NCBI GenBank assembly: GCA_020853295.1
Contig: JADYZD010000195.1
Location: 1 to 45,987, forward strand
Origin: Bacteroidia bacterium
GTDB taxonomy: Bacteria > Bacteroidota > Bacteroidia > NS11-12g > UBA955
Direction: 5' to 3'
Length of the DNA: 45,987 nt
Part shown: positions 45,287 through 45,987 of the stretch, piece by piece
Numbering within the stretch: the stretch's first letter is position 1
Layout of the letters: each line of letters opens with the position of its first letter
The notes under the pieces: generated by a model
What the model was told of the DNA's origin: nothing
Seen by the model: only the letters and a program-made list of their open reading frames with translations
Database searches by the model: none
Translations under genes and position numbers: made by a program

Positions 45287-45745
45287 TTGATATTGGTTCT
45301 TGCCATAGAAAACCACAAAGACCCTCTAATTTCTCAATTGTGCGAGAAGTATATTCAGCGCATTTCAGGTCCATACAAGTTGCAAATTGAACTTTTGCCA
45401 GCAGCAAGGGTAAAAGAACCAGAATTGCAAAAAGAAAAAGAAAGTGAAACCATAATTAAAGCCACAAAGCCTGGCGATATCGTAATTCTATGCGATGAAC
45501 AAGGCAAGAGTATGCATACCCTTGAATTTTCTCAAATGCTGAACAAGGAACTCAGCACCGCACGGGGCAGAATTGTTTTTTGCATTGGTGGCGCATATGG
45601 ATTTACCGAGGAACTGCTAAAAAAACACATTAAAATTCGACTGTCTGACATGACATTGCCCCATCAATTGGCAAGACTGGTGCTTGTAGAACAAATCTAT
45701 AGGGCTTTTGAAATCAATAAAGGCAGCGGATACCACCATATCTAA
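45287..45745 (+). CDS. rlmH: 23S rRNA (pseudouridine1915-N3)-methyltransferase RlmH (SPOUT)
   Basis: VILCDEQGK..S.EF...L......GR..IVFCIGGAYGF......K....LSDMTLPHQLARLVLVEQIYRAFEINKGSGYHH. Non-ATG (TTG) start, so the start position is uncertain. Confidence 0.85.
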   Translation: MILVLAIENHKDPLISQLCEKYIQRISGPYKLQIELLPAARVKEPELQKEKESETIIKATKPGDIVILCDEQGKSMHTLEFSQMLNKELSTARGRIVFCIGGAYGFTEELLKKHIKIRLSDMTLPHQLARLVLVEQIYRAFEINKGSGYHHI

Positions 45746-45775
45746 TCCCGGATTTGCTGTGGATGCGAATTGTCG

Positions 45776-45783
45776 TAATTTTG
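45776..45783 (+). promoter_or_regulatory. Candidate -7 promoter box (taattttg)
   Basis: Exact TAnnTTTG ending 6 nt before the ATG at 45790. Confidence 0.45.
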
Positions 45784-45789
45784 CAGGGA

Positions 45790-45987
45790 ATGAAAATTGA
45801 GCACGTGCTGGAGGAAGCCATTAAATTGGCCATTACCGAATTGTACCAAACCGAACTGGCAACAGTAAAATTAGAAATTACCAATTCTGATTTTGAAGGA
45901 GATTATACATTTGTGGTATTTCCATTATTGCGCTTCAGCAAGAAAAAACCTGAAGAAACTGCAGAAGATATAGGCAATAAACTGCTT
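45790..45987 (+). CDS. argS: Arginine--tRNA ligase, 5' fragment (runs off the right edge)
   Basis: MKIEHVLEEAIKLAITELYQTELATVKLEITNSDFEGDYTFVVFPLLRFSKKKPEETAEDIGNKLL matches the ArgS N-terminal additional-domain pattern (..FEGD.T.VVFP..R.SKK.PE.TAE.IG). Not in the ORF track because it is open-ended. Confidence 0.75.
   Translation, partial: MKIEHVLEEAIKLAITELYQTELATVKLEITNSDFEGDYTFVVFPLLRFSKKKPEETAEDIGNKLL

Noticed and set aside
1-45987. Search for CRISPR arrays, tRNA/rRNA genes, transposases, integrases, phage genes, and restriction, toxin-antitoxin or other defence modules
   Set aside because: No spaced direct repeats were seen. No intergenic gap is large or structured enough for a tRNA apart from 61-344, which has no cloverleaf features. 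No ORF shows transposase, integrase, nuclease-ATPase or defence-type motifs.

Overview
This 46-kb AT-rich chromosomal window is almost fully coding, and its content points to Bacteroidota. The taxon call is an inference resting on four observations: adjacent gldD/gldE, four proteins with T9SS C-terminal sorting domains, TAnnTTTG-type -7 promoter boxes, and no Shine-Dalgarno-like leaders. All product calls come from motif recognition by eye; no database search was run.

Recognisable genes, roughly left to right:
- Left end: a T9SS-exported PGRP-type amidase, an IMPase (suhB-like), and a 1492-aa M4 metalloprotease.
- Next: a bacilliredoxin, hutI, a gamma-carbonic-anhydrase-like protein, and a tightly overlapping M23 peptidase / MerR / small barrel / HhH outer-membrane set.
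- Then: pdxJ, a Zn phospholipase-C-like protein, a 1193-aa PKD adhesin, and a LOG-family protein.
- A minus-strand run: a TPR/beta-propeller/OmpA protein, gldD, gldE, ssb and mutY.
- Then: an HU protein, a 29-aa Arg/Lys-rich ribosomal-type peptide absent from the ORF track, and RNase G.
- A fused NuoE/NuoF-like flavoprotein and a Cys-type formate dehydrogenase alpha subunit lie 7.4 kb apart, with housekeeping genes and hypotheticals between them (DEAD-box helicase, SDR, DUF457-like hydrolase).
- Right end: a CxxCH heme-binding protein, a TonB-dependent receptor, a second OmpA protein, rlmH, and the 5' end of argS.

I found no rRNA, tRNA, CRISPR array, transposase, integrase, phage gene or recognisable defence or toxin module. 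I cannot point to a clear-cut novel system.

The observations most worth follow-up:
1. The translationally coupled M23/MerR/PorQ-like/HhH envelope module. Its last gene carries an in-frame TAA followed by 44 more sense codons.
2. Exact TAnnTTTG boxes ending 4-9 nt before start codons at nine genes, which implies leaderless or near-leaderless transcripts.
3. A 201-bp nested-palindrome, MITE-like element at the left end.
4. The split formate dehydrogenase locus.
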